64,000 nucleotides of DNA from Candidatus Poribacteria bacterium (lineage in GTDB: Bacteria > Poribacteria > WGA-4E > PCPOR2b): contig OZ220744.1 of NCBI GenBank assembly GCA_965116925.1, positions 5,728,001 through 5,792,000 on the forward strand, in the 5' to 3' direction. Both the position numbers and the translations under genes were made by a program. The notes beneath the pieces were generated by a model that saw nothing but the letters and a program-made list of their open reading frames with translations, had not been told where the DNA came from and ran no database searches. Positions 48,987-58,717 of the stretch are shown piece by piece. The first letter of the stretch is position 1. The number at the start of each line of letters is the position of its first letter.

Positions 48987-49928
48987 ATGGCGTATTATTT
49001 GGTTACAGGCGGCTGTGGGTTCATTGGATCTCACCTTGTTGAAGCCCTCGTGCAAAAAGGAGAGCGTGTACGTGTGTTCGATAACTGCTCAACAGGTAAA
49101 GCCAAGAACATAGCGCACGTTAAAAATCGGATTGAGTTTGTAGATGGGGACCTGCAGGAACTTGACGCTGTGCATCAGGCGGTCGCAGGGATTGACTATG
49201 TTTTTCACCAAGGTGCTCGCCCATCGGTCGCTCGATCTGTTGCGGATCCCATTTTGAGCAACAATGTGAATATCAACGGAACTTTGAACCTCCTTGTTGC
49301 AGCAAGAGATGCGGGGGTAAAACGCGTTGTCTATGCGGCCTCCTCATCAGCTTATGGAAATATACCGACACTCCCCAGATCTGAGACGCTCTCTCCACAA
49401 CCCGCCTCCCCTTACGCGATTACTAAATATGTTGGCGAATGTTACTGTCGAGTTTTCACACAAGTTTTCGATTTAGAAACGGTTGCCCTACGATACTTTA
49501 ACATTTTCGGTCCCCGTCAGGATCCAACATCTCAATATTCAGCGGTTATCCCGAAGTTTATTCAGGCTTATCTACACGGCAACTCGCCGGCAATCGAGGG
49601 TGATGGTGAACAGTCGAGAGATTTTACCTACATTGCAAACGCGGTCCATGCCAACCTTCTCGCGTGTCATGCAGAAGGAGTCGCAGGAGAGGTATTTAAC
49701 ATCGGCTGCGGTCAGCAGACATCAATTAACCGGCTTGCGAACCTTATCGGAGAGATGATGGAGACCGATGCCAAACCTATCTACACATCGTCGCGTCCCG
49801 GTGATGTTCGACATTCTCGTGCGGATATCCGCAAAGCGCAGCAACTACTTGGCTATGAACCAAAAGTCGAGCTCAAAGCAGGTTTGCGCCGAACCATTGA
49901 CTGGTTTCTCCGACGTTGTGATACTTGA
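48987..49928 (+). CDS. UDP-sugar 4-epimerase (WbpP/GalE-like SDR)
   Basis: VTGGCGFIGSH, SPYAITK, LRYFNIFGPRQDP, GDGEQSRDF. Confidence 0.92.
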   Translation: MAYYLVTGGCGFIGSHLVEALVQKGERVRVFDNCSTGKAKNIAHVKNRIEFVDGDLQELDAVHQAVAGIDYVFHQGARPSVARSVADPILSNNVNINGTLNLLVAARDAGVKRVVYAASSSAYGNIPTLPRSETLSPQPASPYAITKYVGECYCRVFTQVFDLETVALRYFNIFGPRQDPTSQYSAVIPKFIQAYLHGNSPAIEGDGEQSRDFTYIANAVHANLLACHAEGVAGEVFNIGCGQQTSINRLANLIGEMMETDAKPIYTSSRPGDVRHSRADIRKAQQLLGYEPKVELKAGLRRTIDWFLRRCDT

Positions 49929-49987
49929 AAGCACCTCACATCCCCCGTCTACCCTCTCATTCAGAATTGCATTCGCAGGAGGAAAAA

Positions 49988-52723
49988 ATGCAATCGCATC
50001 AAAGTTGGCTCATATTTTCGATCGCCGTCATATTCATTGTGCTTTTGAATAACCAGACCTGGGCCCAACAATCCACTCCAACCGAAACCGATGAAGAAAT
50101 GATTGAAGACTTTGCCGAACGCGCAACGAGTGGATTGAAGGGAAGGGTAATTTGGGAAAGACAAGATTTATCACAGACAACTGTACAGGTTTACAAGGAT
50201 GAAGGTTTAAAGCATCTCTACACCGGCGTAACACAGCTAAACAGTGGAGAATTTGAAGTCCGCGTTGAGCCGGGGCGCTACTACCTTGTCGCTTTTGTGG
50301 ATCTGAATCGCTCCGGCAAATTTGATACCGCCGACGGCATGGGGATTTTCGGTATCACAGACTGGGATGATTCAAACCAACAGAAACAGGCCGTCAAGGT
50401 CGCAGATCGGCAGGTGATTAGAGGACTTAATATTATCATCACAGCAAGAATGCAGAAGGTTGGCGAACAGGGGCAGATTGTCTCGCTATCCGATTATCAA
50501 GAAGACCCATTCGAGCAATTTAAGTCGGAATTGGAGATGATCTCGTCTGGTATTAAGGGACAGGTGATGTATGAAGGACAGGCATCGCTCAAAAATGCAC
50601 TCGTCTTTGCCTACACAGATCTGTCATGGAAATACCGCGCCGCAGAAACACGGGTTGCAGCAGATGGCAACTTCGCACTCAATTTACCGCCGGGAAAGTA
50701 TTACTTGATGGCGATCATTGATAGAGATAACAATAACCTTTTTGATTCAGGAGACGCTCTCGGTATATACGGTGTCACAGATCTGCGCGAACCCCAAGCG
50801 GTTCCTCAACCTGTATTGGTTAGTCCCAACCAATTCGTCTCAGACCTCCAGATCGCAATCACAGGGCAACAGACAATGAGTGGGCAAGTTGTTCCCGTGA
50901 ATGAACCTGTGGAGGGGGTCGATCCTGCTGGCGCGGCGACAGCACAACTTACCGGTAAGGTCAGATGGACAGGAAAGGCATTGAAAGGAGGCGTTATCCA
51001 AGTTTTCCGGGAGGCATCATTACTCGGAGAGGTACACCAAGTTGAGGTGGACGAGGATGGGAAATTCAGTCTTCAACTCCCGCCGGGGGATTATTATCTC
51101 ATAGCCTACATTGATGCAGATGGCGATGGAAAATACAGTTTAGGAGATGGGCTTGGCGGTTATGGTACTGCGGATATCACAACCGCCCCTTCATCTGCAT
51201 TGACCGTATCGGACGGGCCAAACCCTGAAATCATAATTTTCGTGAGTGCACAGTATAACGCGGATGGGCACCTGGAAGCAATTGCCGAAGGCACCATTGA
51301 CTTGAGCCAAGCGAATAGCGGCGGCATTTCCGGTCAGATTCGGTGGGATGGGAAGGTGTTTAAAGAAGGAATCCTCTCGATTTCAGAGACGCCTGACTTC
51401 CGGTCGCCTGTCGCAATCTCCTTAAATTTGGAAGACAATGGACGTTATGAGGTTTCCGTACCACCGGGAGATTACTACATTATGGCAGTTGTCGATCTTG
51501 ATGGAGATCGAAAATCGGGCTTACAGGATGGTGTTGGTATCTATGGTACGCGGCATCCTGTCCGCAGCAAAGATCTGCAACGGGTTTCTGTGTTTCCGGA
51601 CTATATCACGCCACACATTGATATTGAAATTTTCGCTATGTACATTGATGTAGAGGGTAACATCGCCGAAATCGAGGATGGTGGTCGCTCCGAGATTAAA
51701 CTCCAATATGGCGTGCCCGAAGATGTTTTCCAATTTACCCGTTTTGGACGTCAAATCGAGGAGTGGTGCTATTGGACCCAAGGTGTTCGCTTCCGCTTTG
51801 AAGCTATCGGGGCCGGTTGGAAATTACAGACCCGGAAAGATTTTGAACCGACACCTGAAGCACTTGAACAACTGAAACAACTTGAACCGTCGTCGCAACA
51901 ACCGAACACCGATGAACCTGAAACAACCCCGTTAAATGTCCTGCTCTACTATAGCTTTGACGACATCATCTGGGAATGTATGCCAGCGATTGGCATACAA
52001 CAACCGTTGGCAACGGGCAGACGACCAACCGCTGCTTTGGATGGCAGATTGATCCGTCTAGACCTAGAGGGGAACGTCATCCTCCACGATTCAGATACCC
52101 CGCATGGCAGATTATTGCTTGACAAACGTGAGCTGGCAACCGATGTAACTATCTCGCCGGATGGCGCATACCTCGCGTTCGCGAGACAGGAGATGGGGCG
52201 ACGACACATCTACCTCCGACATATCGCAAGTCGGGAGGAAATCCCTATACCCTCGACAGCGCAAGAGATGTTTACACCCGCATGGAATCTAACCGGAGAA
52301 CTGTTAGCGTACAGTACAAAGGGAAGTATCGAAAACCCAGAAGCTGGTACAGATCGGAATATTTATAGCTACGCTTATGCCAGTGGGCGTGTTGAACCCA
52401 TCAGTATAGGACCCGAAGATGACGCAGAACCTGCGTGGTGCCCATCAGATCCGAATTTCCTCGCCTTCTCTCGCGCGGAAGGTCAGCATCGCCAGATTTG
52501 GCTTGTTGAACTGAGTCCAGAAGGAAAACCGGACGCGCAACAATTGACCCGCTACGGCGGCGAAAAACCGGTTTGGTTGCCTGATGGTTCAGCAATCATT
52601 TACGAGGCCAACGGTCAACTTTGGCAAATTTCAAAGGACGGATCGAAAAACCGCCCGGTGATCTTCAACGGACGGGTAATTTTTGGGCACGAACCGTATA
52701 CAATCCCCCCACCGATTCAGTAA
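49988..52723 (+). CDS. secreted protein with four Ca-binding beta-sandwich repeats and TolB/PD40-like C-terminus
   Basis: Signal peptide; 4x PG.YY(L/I).A..D.(D/N).....D..G..G; ISPDG, PAW, PVWLPDG repeats. Confidence 0.75.
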   Translation: MQSHQSWLIFSIAVIFIVLLNNQTWAQQSTPTETDEEMIEDFAERATSGLKGRVIWERQDLSQTTVQVYKDEGLKHLYTGVTQLNSGEFEVRVEPGRYYLVAFVDLNRSGKFDTADGMGIFGITDWDDSNQQKQAVKVADRQVIRGLNIIITARMQKVGEQGQIVSLSDYQEDPFEQFKSELEMISSGIKGQVMYEGQASLKNALVFAYTDLSWKYRAAETRVAADGNFALNLPPGKYYLMAIIDRDNNNLFDSGDALGIYGVTDLREPQAVPQPVLVSPNQFVSDLQIAITGQQTMSGQVVPVNEPVEGVDPAGAATAQLTGKVRWTGKALKGGVIQVFREASLLGEVHQVEVDEDGKFSLQLPPGDYYLIAYIDADGDGKYSLGDGLGGYGTADITTAPSSALTVSDGPNPEIIIFVSAQYNADGHLEAIAEGTIDLSQANSGGISGQIRWDGKVFKEGILSISETPDFRSPVAISLNLEDNGRYEVSVPPGDYYIMAVVDLDGDRKSGLQDGVGIYGTRHPVRSKDLQRVSVFPDYITPHIDIEIFAMYIDVEGNIAEIEDGGRSEIKLQYGVPEDVFQFTRFGRQIEEWCYWTQGVRFRFEAIGAGWKLQTRKDFEPTPEALEQLKQLEPSSQQPNTDEPETTPLNVLLYYSFDDIIWECMPAIGIQQPLATGRRPTAALDGRLIRLDLEGNVILHDSDTPHGRLLLDKRELATDVTISPDGAYLAFARQEMGRRHIYLRHIASREEIPIPSTAQEMFTPAWNLTGELLAYSTKGSIENPEAGTDRNIYSYAYASGRVEPISIGPEDDAEPAWCPSDPNFLAFSRAEGQHRQIWLVELSPEGKPDAQQLTRYGGEKPVWLPDGSAIIYEANGQLWQISKDGSKNRPVIFNGRVIFGHEPYTIPPPIQ

Positions 52724-52825
52724 TAGGCATTTACCTGCCTCTTAAATGTGACAGCGCAATTTAACAATCCACTCCCGCACTAAAACATCTTGCGATAAAA
52801 CCTAGAAAACGTCAGGATTTCTCGG

Positions 52826-52854
52826 TTGCAAGGGCTCATCAACTATGGTAAAAT
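52826..52854 (+). promoter_or_regulatory. sigma70-like promoter (extended -10)
   Basis: TTGCAA-17nt-TAAAAT with TGn. Confidence 0.45.
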
Positions 52855-52934
52855 GAATCTGTTGCTTTTACCGATTTAGACAATATATCCTCGATCCCCT
52901 CAAGTCTAAAATTTGGATTTCCTATCAACTCACT

Positions 52935-52957
52935 CGCCCGATGAATCGGGCAACTAC
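52935..52957 (-). repeat. GTAG-type REP hairpin
   Basis: Minus strand GTAGTTGCCCGATTCATCGGGCG. Confidence 0.7.
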
Positions 52958-53105
52958 ATTTCAGCGGCGGTTACGGTTATCCATATATGCGATTCCACGG
53001 AATTTGTAGATTTGGCGGGTGGAATGTAATGCTCCCCATTTTTTTGGATAGAGAATTAATCTTCGCTTGCGGATCATACGTCATCATCTACATGAGTACA
53101 TAAAT

Positions 53106-53208
53106 TATAGTAGATTTTAGAATTAATGGGACATGTCAAACCGGTGCGGTTACAAACCGCACCTACCGGGGGAGCGCAAGTGTTTCTTTATTTTTTGAAG
53201 TCACTATA
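53106..53208. mobile_element. MITE family A copy 3
   Basis: TATAGTAGATTTTAGAATTAAT...TCACTATA with internal CCGGTGCGGTTACAAACCGCACCTACC. Confidence 0.8.
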
Positions 53209-53366
53209 AATCTCATTGACGAATGTGCTTCAAGACAGATGTTCTATGTTTTTATCTGATGAGAAAAAGAGGAAATTGACACTAAAATAGATGAACAACC
53301 CCATGAAGGATGCCCAACGTCAGCAAAAGTATCAACTGTGCATTATAATGAGGGAAGGAATAAATT

Positions 53367-56063
53367 ATGAAAACTATTAAATCTTATATTTCTCCTCCAC
53401 CTATTATGCGGCCGTTTGTCCTTGTGATGATAACCGTCATCGCAATGTTGACCCAGTATGCGTGTCTTTCGATAGGTACGCATAGACAAGCAGAAAAACT
53501 AGCCCATGCGGAGAATTATCAAGGCGCGATTGATGCTTATCAGGCGATCATCAACACCAAACCTGGGACACCAGAGGCGTATCGCGCACAACTAGGGATT
53601 GCTAGGCTATACATCGACAAGATGGATCAACCTCAGCTAGGTGTCAAGGCTTATCAAGATCTCATCGCTGCTGCGCCTGATAGCGGCGAAGCCGCCGAGG
53701 CACACTATCGCCTCGGAATCTACCACTTCAAAATAAAGGATTATGAATCGGCGCAACAGTCTTTTGACGCTATCGTTAACACATTTCCAAGCCTCGGAAA
53801 TCTGAGTCATAACGCCCAATTGATGTTGGCAAAAAGTTACGAGGAAGCTGGTGCCTATAAGAAAGCGATCGCGATCTATGATAATGTTGTAAATCGTCAT
53901 CCAGAGAGCGACCGCGCCGCCCAAGCCATAACCAATAAAGCAAAAATCCAAAAGGACCATTTGAAAGACAGGATCGCAGCGGAACAAACCTACAAATCTC
54001 TCATCACAGAATATAACAACATCGAAGGGGCGGAAGAAGCAATCGACGATGCCAGGCGGGCACTTCAATCGATGGGCGCGCGTATCCCGCAGCCGGAGAT
54101 CGAGTCGGGCACAGCGTACGATCGCGCACAAGAGCGGCGGATGAAACGTCGGGAACGTGACCGTCCCCGTGATGGGGCTGAGCTGAGTCCTGCGATGGGC
54201 TATGATGCATACGGGGACTCCGGTTTCGGTATAACTCCCGAAGAGGTCATAAGGGAATTCGGAAACCCTTGGGAAGGTGGGGGACACGGACGATCAGGAC
54301 AGAACGACGATGAAACACAAACGATGATTAAAGTGGTTGCAGACATTAATTTTCTTATCAAGAAATATCGAAATGCAGGGACACTCTACTTTCGCGCAAT
54401 CGAAGTAGCGAAAGAGAGCAATAAAAAAATCGACCCTTATGACTATATCCGTTTATCAGTCTGCTACCGCAAAGTGGGAATGCACCAACGGGCGGTTGAA
54501 ACACTGAAAGAAGGTGCGCGAAAAAATGTAACTGTGCTGGAAGCTGTTATCACCTCATCCGCAAACGATTACCACGATGGAGAATACGAAAGAGTCCTTG
54601 AGGCACTTCAGCCTGTCGCGGGATTGAACCGGACCCGAGATCCGGAAATCTACTGGCGACTCGGATTAACCTACAAAAAGATGGGAGATCTGCATAAAGC
54701 TGTTGAGTCCTTTGAGCGCAGCATTGCTAGTGACACCGATTACACCGATTCGATCCAAAGTCTCGCCGAAATACTTAATTACCAACTTAAAGAGAGAGAA
54801 CGGGCAATCATCTTTCAGGACATAATCGACACCAAAGGTCATACATGGATTGGTGAGAAAGAGCTAGGAGATATATGTTATAAATATGGTAACTACCTCC
54901 GAGCAAAATCGAAATATGAAACAGCGGTGCGTATTGCTCAACGCGAAAAAGAAAACGGTGACATCACACCATCTGGAAGGCGGAACCTCGATGACCAGAT
55001 CTTATACGCCAAGATACATGCGGCGATGGCAGACTATCAAAATGGTAGGAGCATCCAAGCACAAGAACGAATAGACGCTCTTGCTGCTGAACACCCCAAC
55101 CATCTGCTGATAGCGTACGGTCGCGGACAGATGGCGTTGCTTCAGGGAGATGTCGAAACTGCAATTGCCACTTTTGAAACGACTATAGAAAAAGATCCGG
55201 CTTCTGATGCCGCCCCCATCGCACTCGGTGAATACTATCTCTCACAGGAAAATCCTGATGCAGCAATAGGGGTGTGGGAAAGAGTGCTCAAAACCTATCC
55301 ACAAAACCGCGGAGTCCGTCGTCGTCTTAACACCCTGAAACAGCAACGTGAAGCACAAGCGGTTGAAACGGATGCCAATTCCGATCAATTGGGACAAACC
55401 GCTGCCCTGACGAAGAAAAAGCGACAGAGTTTCTTACCTGAAAAACGACGGACAATCTATCCGAGAAATCGTATCCCGAAATCACAACTGCCGTCCGCGC
55501 TCTTTGTCGGATTGAATGAAGACCAAGTCATCGAAAAGTATGGAGAACCCGTCGAAATCCTTGACCCGCCCTCGAACCTTCCTAACGCTATAAATCGATT
55601 TGCCTATGGTGCACTGGTGCCGGGTATGTCTAGCACCTTCAGTCTGGAGGGATCGGAGTTTATCTTCGACGAGAATGGTGTTCTAGGATACCACAAGATT
55701 TATTTCGGGGATGTCAACGCGCTAGTCGGAAGTGGCAGTGAATATCCCGCGCTGCTCAATGAAATCCCTGATGAGTTGAAATCAACACTTTGCGATGTCA
55801 TCAACGAACAGGTCTTTGAAGCAAAAAAATATAATCTCATCGTCCAAAAGGCGCAGGTTGTCTGGGAACTCAGTGATGAACGTTGGTGGGCGACTGTACA
55901 CGCCACTTTTCCAGCTAGAGATTTTACCTCTGATAAGTCGATCAACAACTACAAACCAAAACTCAAAGACTATCACATCATGGAACTGTTAGTGACCAAT
56001 CGAAATCTTTCACCGGATCTGTTCCTCACAAAACCCAAAGGGATAGCCTATGAAAACTATTAG
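53367..56063 (+). CDS. TPR-repeat lipoprotein, paralog 1
   Basis: Lipobox-like QYAC, many TPR helices, extra C-terminal domain. Confidence 0.85.
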   Translation: MKTIKSYISPPPIMRPFVLVMITVIAMLTQYACLSIGTHRQAEKLAHAENYQGAIDAYQAIINTKPGTPEAYRAQLGIARLYIDKMDQPQLGVKAYQDLIAAAPDSGEAAEAHYRLGIYHFKIKDYESAQQSFDAIVNTFPSLGNLSHNAQLMLAKSYEEAGAYKKAIAIYDNVVNRHPESDRAAQAITNKAKIQKDHLKDRIAAEQTYKSLITEYNNIEGAEEAIDDARRALQSMGARIPQPEIESGTAYDRAQERRMKRRERDRPRDGAELSPAMGYDAYGDSGFGITPEEVIREFGNPWEGGGHGRSGQNDDETQTMIKVVADINFLIKKYRNAGTLYFRAIEVAKESNKKIDPYDYIRLSVCYRKVGMHQRAVETLKEGARKNVTVLEAVITSSANDYHDGEYERVLEALQPVAGLNRTRDPEIYWRLGLTYKKMGDLHKAVESFERSIASDTDYTDSIQSLAEILNYQLKERERAIIFQDIIDTKGHTWIGEKELGDICYKYGNYLRAKSKYETAVRIAQREKENGDITPSGRRNLDDQILYAKIHAAMADYQNGRSIQAQERIDALAAEHPNHLLIAYGRGQMALLQGDVETAIATFETTIEKDPASDAAPIALGEYYLSQENPDAAIGVWERVLKTYPQNRGVRRRLNTLKQQREAQAVETDANSDQLGQTAALTKKKRQSFLPEKRRTIYPRNRIPKSQLPSALFVGLNEDQVIEKYGEPVEILDPPSNLPNAINRFAYGALVPGMSSTFSLEGSEFIFDENGVLGYHKIYFGDVNALVGSGSEYPALLNEIPDELKSTLCDVINEQVFEAKKYNLIVQKAQVVWELSDERWWATVHATFPARDFTSDKSINNYKPKLKDYHIMELLVTNRNLSPDLFLTKPKGIAYENY

Positions 56064-58683
56064 GTACGATATCGTCACCCTCATCATCGTGATAATGATG
56101 ACCCAATACGCTTGTGTTGCGTCAAATCCACAGAGACTGGCGGGAAAGCGTATACAAGAAAAGGACTATCGAGGGGCGATTGAAGCATATCAGACGGTAG
56201 TCGATTCCCAACCCGAAACACCAGAAGCCCGTCAAGCACAACTCAGCATTGCCAAATTGTACATCGAAAAGATGGATCAACCCCAACAGGGTGTCCGGAT
56301 TTATCAAGACCTCATCGCCGCGGCACCCGATAGCGAAGAAGCTGCCGAAGCTCACTGGGGCTTGGGACTTCATGCTTTCAAATCAGAAGAGTATCAATCG
56401 GCGCAACAGTTTTTTGATACTATCGTCAATAAATTCCCGGCATCGGAGCGCAGTTATAACGCCCAACTAATGTTGGCAAAAAGCTATGAGGCACTTAACG
56501 AATATCGCAAAGCGGTAGAAATCTACGGCAATGTGGCAAACCGTCATCCAGAGGGCAAACGAGCGACGCAAGCATTGGTCAATAAAGCCAAAATTCAGGG
56601 AGAACGCCTCCGTGATGAAACCGCCGCCAAGCAAACCTACCAATCTATCGTTAAGCGGTATGGCAACGTCGAAGGCACAGAAGAATCAGTTAGCACTGCA
56701 AAACAGGAACTCCGCATGATGGGAGCGATTATCCCCGAGCCGGATGATCAGTCTCTCACACAACTGGAGCGTGCATTGGAACGCCAGAGGCAGCGCCGTG
56801 AAAGAGATCGTCCACGGGGCGGGGCTGAACGTAGCCCTGCAATGGGGAAAGCACCTGACTACTCAAACTCCGGCTTCAACGTGGATCCTGAGGAGATTAT
56901 GAGACCCTTTAAGACAATCATCAATGAAATGGGCGGGGAAGGCAATGAAGGAGTAGTCTACCACGACACAGTGCTTAAAATCGCCCACCTGAATTGGGAC
57001 ACTGAAAACTATCGTAATGCTGGGGCGTTGTATTTTCATGCAATCGGACTCGCAGAACGTCAAGGGGTGCACCTCGATCCGTTTAGTTATCTCCGGCTCT
57101 CCCTCTGTTACCGTAAGCTAGGCATGCATCAGTACGCTAGCGAAATGGTAAGGGAGGCAGTCAAAAAAGATGGAGGGGTTCTTGACGCTATCATCAGCAG
57201 TGCTGCCAACCAATACCTTGACGAAGATTACGAAAAAGCTATTGAGACTTATAACTCTGTCGTGGGACTGAATCGATCCAAAGATCCGGAAATTTACTGG
57301 AGAATGGGGCTAGCATACAAGAAGATGAACGATCCGCACCAAGCGATTGAATCTTTTGAACGTGCTATTGCTGTGAAAACCGAATATACCAAAGCACTCC
57401 AAAGTCTCGCTGAAGTGCTCCACTATCAACTGAAAAATACCGACAGAGCCGCGATCTTTCAAGACCTCGTCGACCAGAAAGGTGAAACCTATGCCGGTGA
57501 AAAAGAGCTAGCCTATCTCTGCTACAAATACGGCAACTACGGTTGGGCAAAATCGAAATACGAATTCGCGGCACGGATTGCCGAAAGTGAAAAAACGGCG
57601 GACACCACCCCATTTCAAAGGCGAGGGATAGATAACCGGGTTGTTTACGCAAAGATACATGCAGCGATGGCGGCCTACAAGGGCGAAATGGCGGATAAGG
57701 CACAAGAGATTCTCGACACGCTCGCTTCCGAATATCCTAATCATCCACTGATACCTTATGGGCATGGACAACTCGCCGCCCTCAAAGGCGACATGGATAC
57801 TGCAATCACCGTCTTCAAAACGTCCATAGAACAAGATCCGAGTTTTTATGCAGCACCTATCGCCCTCGGCGAATATTATTTGTCGCAGGGATATATTGAT
57901 GATGCGATTGCGTTATGGAAAAAATCGCTCAGAGCTAATCCACTGAACCGTGTAGTGCGTCACCGGCTTCACGAGTTGACAAAGCGAGTTGGAGTCAGAT
58001 CCGCACAAAGCGAGAGCGAACCGCCAACAACTACTTCTCCACCCAGCAGATCCAAAGCGTCCGATGCACCAGGGGGTGCACGCCTCCCCGCCAAACGACG
58101 GACAATCTATCCGAAGAACCGCATCCCGAAATCGCAATTACCGCCTGCGTTTTTCGTCGGGTTGAGTGAAGATCGAATCACCGATACGCACGGACAACCA
58201 GTCCAGATCCTGTCCGCTGTGGCTAGTATCCCCAGTTCCACAAAGCGATTAGCTTATGGCGATCCTATAGACGATGCAGTACATGTCGCCACCCTTGAAG
58301 GCTCAGAGTTCATTCTCGGTGAAGAAGGCGTACTTGGATATCACAAAGTCTACCCTGGAGACATCAATGCGGTGGCAGGTAGCCCAGTCGAGTATCCTAC
58401 CTTGGTTAGTGAAATTCCCCAAATGTTGAATTCGACACGTTGCCACGTTATCAACGAGAAAATCATTGAGACGAACAAGTACTTCCTTATCGTCCAAAAA
58501 GCACAGATAGTTTGGGAACTTGATTCGGAACGCTGGATAGCGACCGTGTACACAACCTACCCAGCCGACGATCGTAAATCAGAACGGTCCATCAATAAGT
58601 ACAAACCGAAATTGAACGATTACCGCATTATGGAACTCTTGGTGACAACTCGGAACATCCCACTTAACATCAGCCTAAAGTAA
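56050..58683 (+). CDS. TPR-repeat lipoprotein, paralog 2
   Basis: QYAC; colinear with paralog 1 including the C-terminal domain. Confidence 0.85.
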   Translation: MKTIRYDIVTLIIVIMMTQYACVASNPQRLAGKRIQEKDYRGAIEAYQTVVDSQPETPEARQAQLSIAKLYIEKMDQPQQGVRIYQDLIAAAPDSEEAAEAHWGLGLHAFKSEEYQSAQQFFDTIVNKFPASERSYNAQLMLAKSYEALNEYRKAVEIYGNVANRHPEGKRATQALVNKAKIQGERLRDETAAKQTYQSIVKRYGNVEGTEESVSTAKQELRMMGAIIPEPDDQSLTQLERALERQRQRRERDRPRGGAERSPAMGKAPDYSNSGFNVDPEEIMRPFKTIINEMGGEGNEGVVYHDTVLKIAHLNWDTENYRNAGALYFHAIGLAERQGVHLDPFSYLRLSLCYRKLGMHQYASEMVREAVKKDGGVLDAIISSAANQYLDEDYEKAIETYNSVVGLNRSKDPEIYWRMGLAYKKMNDPHQAIESFERAIAVKTEYTKALQSLAEVLHYQLKNTDRAAIFQDLVDQKGETYAGEKELAYLCYKYGNYGWAKSKYEFAARIAESEKTADTTPFQRRGIDNRVVYAKIHAAMAAYKGEMADKAQEILDTLASEYPNHPLIPYGHGQLAALKGDMDTAITVFKTSIEQDPSFYAAPIALGEYYLSQGYIDDAIALWKKSLRANPLNRVVRHRLHELTKRVGVRSAQSESEPPTTTSPPSRSKASDAPGGARLPAKRRTIYPKNRIPKSQLPPAFFVGLSEDRITDTHGQPVQILSAVASIPSSTKRLAYGDPIDDAVHVATLEGSEFILGEEGVLGYHKVYPGDINAVAGSPVEYPTLVSEIPQMLNSTRCHVINEKIIETNKYFLIVQKAQIVWELDSERWIATVYTTYPADDRKSERSINKYKPKLNDYRIMELLVTTRNIPLNISLK

Positions 58684-58717
58684 GGTTAAATTACTAACGA
58701 CGCAAAGGAGGACAGAT

